A DNA stretch of 63,995 nucleotides, filler included, from Atractiella rhizophila (lineage: Eukaryota), in NCBI GenBank assembly GCA_021432655.1. It is 4 parts of 4 records of this genome, joined end to end, with 100 filler letters (N's around TTAATTAATTAA, not from the genome) between each part and the next. Parts side by side here need not be neighbours in the genome. Positions count along the whole stretch, not along the records: positions 45,747 to 63,995 come from MU271499.1; 3 more parts are not named here. The stretch is one strand, 5' to 3'. The translations under genes were made by a program, and so were the position numbers. Shown here in pieces: positions 61,314 through 63,995 of this stretch; the stretch's first letter is position 1; each line of letters starts with the position of its first letter. The notes under the pieces are model-generated. The model was not told the origin of the DNA and did not search any database. It worked only from the letters and a program-made list of their open reading frames with translations.

Positions 61314-62260
61314 ATGGCCGAAAACGTGACAGAACTCGACGCTGCTGGGGTACCAGACACTCAGGATGTCGTAATGGAGGAACCGATTGGAGAAGCGGGG
61401 GTCACTGAGCCCGTTCAGAAACCCGTGTCGAAGAAGAAGGCACCTGCGTCTGCTGCGAACAAAAAGAGGGGGAAGGCTTCGAAGAAGAGCGTCGAGGCAA
61501 ATACCGCTGATGCAGCAGACGGAGATGCTGAGGGTGGAAGGAAGACAAGGGCGTCGACGAGCAACGCAACGGAAGCTTCTAAAGCTAATGGGTCAACTAA
61601 AAAGAAGTCGACTGGGAAGAAGAACGCGAACGGGACTGGCGCTGGCAACGGAACGGCGAAGGGAGGGAAGAAGGCGAAGAAACCAACCAAAGCTACCATC
61701 AACAAGCTGCTTGCGAGCAAGGTGGAGCCTGTCAAGGTCCCGGAGAAGTATAAACTGGCGGATGGCACTTTAGTTTGGGCGAGAATGACTGGTGGGCTGC
61801 CTTCCTCATGTCCCTTCCAATTACTTTAGGGCTGGCTGGACTGATTTTTCCCCGCCTCAACAGGATACCCCTACTTCCCGGCTGAGGTTTCAGATGAAAG
61901 TGAAGTCCCCGATCACATTCAGGCATCGAAACCGGAAGATGTCGACATTCCATTATACCCCGTCCAGTTCTTTGACCTAGGCACTCAGGGCTTGCGATCT
62001 TGGTTCGTCACTCCGGTCCCCTCCCTTGCCCTCCGTTATCTCCCTCTCCCTCCATCCCTGTCAACTAACTAATCATACCTCGATACAGGCAATGGCTCCC
62101 CAGAGACCGCCTTCTCCTTCTCGGTGAGAACAAAGAGATCGATGAATTTTTACAGACGAAGGAAGCGTTTGTGGATGCGGGAAAGTACTTGGAGAAGGTT
62201 AAATGGGGCTACAAGTGGGCGTGTAACAACATGGATGAGAAGACAGCGTTCAAAAAGTAA
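61314..62260 (+). CDS. PWWP-domain chromatin protein with Lys-rich N-terminus
   Basis: GTLVWARMT|GYPYFPAEV...YPVQFFDLGTQGLRSW|QWLPRDRLLLLG. TAA at 62258-62260. Confidence 0.85.
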
Positions 62261-62671
62261 GACCAACTCATTTTACCAGGCTACATCATGCTCGGAGAAT
62301 ACAACAGTCGGCTACTACCAACGGAACCGAATCGACTCTTGATCAAGAATTTTCACATTCGTCACTTCAATCTGCTCCAAAACATTTCGGACCACTTCTC
62401 ATCCAGTCAAGAAATAAAGTCCAAACGTTAATTATGGAATCGACGATTCCCTTTCTTCCTTCCTTAAATGCTTCTTTCATCTTCCTATTGCTATACGTGA
62501 TGTTTTAGATATGGCAGCCGTGTTTCAACCCTTTCAAGTGGTTCTTCCTCGTTCTCGAACTTCTTTGGCTTTGAACTTAAGAAAATGTTGCGCCTATCTA
62601 CATATGAAACAGCCCTGTGATCTCGACCTCCTTCATTGCCACCTTCAGCGCTCAACGCTCAACTTCAATCC

Positions 62672-62971
62672 TCAAATATATATATACTCTCCAACCTTGC
62701 AATTCAAGTTACTAGTAGTCCACGTCTCCATCCAGTTCCAGCTGCAGCTTACCTGACGATGGATAACATCATCAGCAGAGTAGAACTCCGTTGCACAAAC
62801 ATTTAAGTAATCGATGTTGTGTTCAAGTTGATAAGCCGTGAACAATGTAACTCGCTAGACTCTTGCCGCGTTATAGTACCGAAGAGTTTTACCACTTGAA
62901 CACAGAATACGAGACCTTACTTGGGAATCGGGTTTCAACTGGAATACGAGTTGGTATATAGCTGTCGCCAT
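62672..62971 (-). CDS. Possible small three-exon orphan gene (~58 aa)
   Basis: ATG at 62971 with two phase-0 introns carrying GTAAG donors: MATAIYQLVFQLKPDSQ|RVTLFTAYQLEHNIDYLNVCATEFYSADDVIHRQ|VGEYIYI*. Confidence 0.3.
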
Positions 62972-63404
62972 TGAAGATAGAATGTAGTATTAGTGTACAT
63001 CTGTCTTGCCATCATATCTCCCATCCCAAAACTAGTCGGAAGATTCAAAAAGGAGAAAAGGTTTCACAGTTGTGAATCTCAATCTAAGGTTCTCGAAAAA
63101 AAAACCAACGGAGCACGAACGGCAAGTCGAAAGAAAATAGATTATGTATATACTGGATGGGGCAGGATAGAACGAATGCGAGAAGAGGACGTCTTTACCC
63201 ATCGACAATAGTAAAGTGGGAATGTTGGTATGCTTGAGGCGGATGTATCGATTAGGGTTTGGATTGATGGACGATGCTGTTCGGAATTGGATCAAGCAGG
63301 TTGGTACAAGATTTCGATGACGGATTCGCATGGATGGATAGGGAACCAGGAGCAGAGCATAAATGATGCCGATAGCATTCTCCTCTTCAAAGCACCATCA
63401 ACTT

Positions 63405-63995
63405 CTAGACATCGAGATGGGAGACCAATCCGACCCCCCAAGAAGAAAATACCTGTAACAGTCAACATTAGCGATCTATGCATATGACAAGGAATAGAAG
63501 TAGAAGCGGGACGTACTCGTGCACAGACAGCCCGTAGATGCCGTGCCCTTTCGTGTTCCCAAAGATCCATCAATAACAATTCGCGACCATAATGCATGCA
63601 TGCTTCTTGTCTGTACTTTTTGTACAGTTTATCAGATATCGCCTCCTGTAACCATTCCACGAAACCATGCCATGAACATCTTTTCCATCCAAGAGCAGGA
63701 AAGCAGGAGCACAGGAAAGACGGACCTTAATCGCCTCCGCCTCGTCGACCACCTCCAAATCCGTCTCCTCATCCCCCCTCATTTCCGGCCCACTCATCGC
63801 ACTCGTCGTAGAGTCGATATTCCATACCCAACTCCAAGCATCCGGCAAAATCCAAACCTCAGCTCCACCAAGGTAATTCTGATACACGCACGCCTCCCAC
63901 TTATGCTCAAATCTCTCCGTGCACCATGGATGACCTTCTTTAGACATGAGGATCGAAGGGCTGAATCGATAGTCGTAGTTATGGGCCAGGTAAAG
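63405..63995 (-). CDS. 3' part of a hypothetical protein (5' part outside window)
   Basis: Spliced frame LYLAHNYDYRFSPSILMSKEGHPWCTERF...WEACVYQ...|EAISDKLYKKYRQEACMHYGREL...AVCAR|VFSSWGVGLVSHLDV*. Family not recognised. Confidence 0.7.

Overview
Gene-dense, intron-rich eukaryotic DNA. Introns are about 45-70 nt GT-AG with CTRAY-like branch points, and the gene set points to a basidiomycete fungus (inference). About 30 protein-coding genes or fragments are present. Recognisable conserved genes are CUS2/Tat-SF1, RFC5, UBC8, EXO70, ARV1, IWR1, NBP35, CKS1, an annexin, a glyoxylate reductase, a DAO-family oxidoreductase, an enoyl-CoA isomerase, an MFS transporter, Zn2Cys6 and C2H2 transcription factors, and PH, PWWP and LRR proteins. 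Lineage-specific genes include a head-to-head F-box/LRR pair, a DUF6534-like 7TM protein and a PriA/CPL1-like secreted protein. The window is a stitched assembly with three artificial 100-bp N44-TTAATTAATTAA-N44 linkers and two plain N gaps. Highlights: (1) 33231-36108 is a mirror-written block (reversed, not complemented) hiding the middle of the C2H2/Fungal_trans gene from any six-frame translation; (2) a coiled-coil + YbjQ/UPF0145 protein with a WG/GW-rich, Argonaute-hook-like tail; (3) a solo intronless LINE-ORF1/Gag-like zinc-knuckle gene with no RT and a mitochondrial-presequence-like N-terminus; (4) an AT-AC intron right after the UBC8 start codon; (5) two long, hairpin-rich first introns. 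Exon boundaries were read by eye and no database searches were run. No tRNA, rRNA or CRISPR array was found.
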